A stretch of DNA of 64,000 bases from Bradymonadales bacterium (GTDB lineage: Bacteria > Bdellovibrionota > UBA2394), in the NCBI GenBank assembly GCA_007693605.1, contig REDG01000045.1, positions 2,043 to 66,042 of the forward strand, given 5' to 3'. How positions within the stretch are numbered: position 1 is the stretch's first letter; the number at the start of each line of letters is the position of its first letter. Made by a program: the position numbers and the translations under genes. The notes beneath the pieces are model-generated. The model was not told where the DNA came from. It did not search any database and was given only the letters and a program-made list of their open reading frames with translations. This document shows, one piece after another, positions 62,378 through 64,000 of the stretch.

Positions 62378-63998
62378 GGGCGAGGCCCGTAGGAGATGAA
62401 AGTTCCGCGATTTCTTCTGGGCTACCCGCTCCCATGATTTCTCCGCCCCCCTCTCCCCCTTCGGGGCCAAGATCCACCAGCCAATCCACACACTTTAAGA
62501 GGTCGAGATTGTGCTCAATAACAATCACCGTATTGCCGGAATGAACAAGGCTCTGCAGAAGCGAAACGAGTTTTTCGATTTCACTAATGTGAAGGCCCGT
62601 GGTGGGCTCGTCTAGAATATAAAGAAAGTCTTTCTTTCTTACATTGGAGATCTCAGTGGCAATTTTAAGTCTTTGCTTTTCGCCGCCAGACAGGCTGTCA
62701 CTGCTTTGACCCAAGCGAAGATAGCCGAGTCCCACTTGTTCGAGCAGGCCAAACTTCAGACTTAAAGTCTTCGATTGAGCGAAGAAGCTTCTGGCTTCGG
62801 TCACGGTCATTTGTAGAATGTCATAAATCGACTTAGATCGATGACGAATCTCAAGGACGCTCTTCTTAAATCGTGTCCCGTTACAATCTTCACAAGTCAG
62901 GTATAGGTCATCTAAAAAGTACATTTCAGTTTTGACGCTTCCTTCTCCTTTACAGGTTTCGCAGCGCCCCCCACTCACATTGAAACTGAATGTTCCAGCG
63001 GTGTATCCTCGATTCTTTGACTCAGGAAGTTGCGCGAAGATCTGTCGAACCTCATCGTAGGCTCCGATGACACTCAGGGGAATGCTGCGAGAGCTGCGAC
63101 CCAAACTGCTTTGATCTAAAAGACTCACACCCTTTAGCCGATCGATGCCGAAGATCTTTTTGAATCGGCCCATAGGTTCAGGCGATTGGTGAAACAGTCT
63201 TGCAAGGGCTCGATAGAGAGTGTGTTGAATCAGGGTGGTCTTGCCGCTCCCAGACACTCCTGAAATTCCGACCAAACACTTTAAAGGAAATCGAAACTCC
63301 AGATTTTTCAAATTGTTTTCAGAGGCGCCTTGAATTCTCACCCAGTCCTTAAAGTTTGATCGTCGCTTTTGAGGAATGGCGATTGATCGCCTTCCGGTCA
63401 AATAGTCGGCTGTGAGGGTTGAGGCCTTTCGAAACTCTTTCTGACCCCCTTGAAATAGAACCTGCCCCCCTTCGTGTCCACTTCCGGGACCCATTTCAAT
63501 AATTTGATCGGCCCGAAGCATGGTGTCGAGATCGTGTTCAACCACCACTACAGAGTTGCCGCGATCAACCAGCTCTTCAAGAGAGGCTAGAAGTCGATCT
63601 CGATCTTTCACATGCAGGCCGATGCTGGGTTCATCCAGAATATAAAGGCTGCCTGACAGTTCTGCGCCGAGTTGATTCGCCAAGTTGATTCTCTGCATTT
63701 CGCCCCCAGAGAGGCTGCGAGTTAAGCGGTGCAGATTCAAATAGTCGAGACCCATTCGGTTCAAGAAGTGAAGTCGAGAACCAATTTGTCGTAGAATTTC
63801 TTTTGCGATTTCTTTTTTGGTCGGGCTGAGTTTTGCCTTCACAATCCAAGCCTCTAGCTTACCAATCGGCATGAGCGTTAAATCATAGAGATTCTTTCCG
63901 CCAATCTTGAACCAAAGAGCCTCTGGCTTTAGGCGAGAGCCTCCACAGGTCTTACACGAAAGACTGCTCTGATAGCGGCGCAGAAAAACTCGAACATG
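62349..63998 (-). CDS. uvrA: Second UvrA paralogue, 5'-truncated by the window edge
   Basis: Frame open to the window end (HVRVFLRRYQSSLSCKTCGGSRL); LSGGE twice, GVSGSGKT, CETCKGEG. Confidence 0.93.
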   Translation of the reverse strand, partial: HVRVFLRRYQSSLSCKTCGGSRLKPEALWFKIGGKNLYDLTLMPIGKLEAWIVKAKLSPTKKEIAKEILRQIGSRLHFLNRMGLDYLNLHRLTRSLSGGEMQRINLANQLGAELSGSLYILDEPSIGLHVKDRDRLLASLEELVDRGNSVVVVEHDLDTMLRADQIIEMGPGSGHEGGQVLFQGGQKEFRKASTLTADYLTGRRSIAIPQKRRSNFKDWVRIQGASENNLKNLEFRFPLKCLVGISGVSGSGKTTLIQHTLYRALARLFHQSPEPMGRFKKIFGIDRLKGVSLLDQSSLGRSSRSIPLSVIGAYDEVRQIFAQLPESKNRGYTAGTFSFNVSGGRCETCKGEGSVKTEMYFLDDLYLTCEDCNGTRFKKSVLEIRHRSKSIYDILQMTVTEARSFFAQSKTLSLKFGLLEQVGLGYLRLGQSSDSLSGGEKQRLKIATEISNVRKKDFLYILDEPTTGLHISEIEKLVSLLQSLVHSGNTVIVIEHNLDLLKCVDWLVDLGPEGGEGGGEIMGAGSPEEIAELSSPTGLALKSLFSGSC

Positions 63999-64000
63999 AA

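Overview
Replication-origin region of a bacterial chromosome whose gene order resembles Bdellovibrionota/Deltaproteobacteria (inferred from synteny, not a database hit). Left arm, minus strand: rpmH-rnpA-yidD-yidC-mnmE-mnmG-parA-parB-bactofilin-atpF'-atpF-atpHAGDC. Right arm, plus strand: dnaA-[RES/Xre toxin-antitoxin on minus]-oriC-tRNA-Ala(GGC)-dnaN-recF-gyrB-gyrA-TPR-hemL-atpZ/I-atpB-atpE. oriC (about 33030-33535) has 15 perfect TTATNCACA boxes (12 are TTATGCACA), two IHF consensus sites and a Bacillus-like box-GC-DnaA-trio unwinding module. Three parS sites lie in or next to mnmE. Left flank: partial Fic gene, IS91-like remnant, KamA-type aminomutase, MMPL transporter, hpnH, gcvT-H-PA-PB, TonB-like protein, orphan FHA-TadA ATPase and a matrixin-like protein lacking its zinc ligands. 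Right flank: uvrA, pdxA, three SurA/parvulin foldases, mfd, clsB, an EEP hydrolase, namZ, glpK, a dnaJ/cbpM-like pair and a second partial uvrA. Most notable: probable AUU starts on recF and uvrA, a TA module between dnaA and oriC, G-type DnaA boxes paired with a variant DnaA recognition helix, a dispersed TTAA-bounded MITE-like element, and several apparently leaderless genes.
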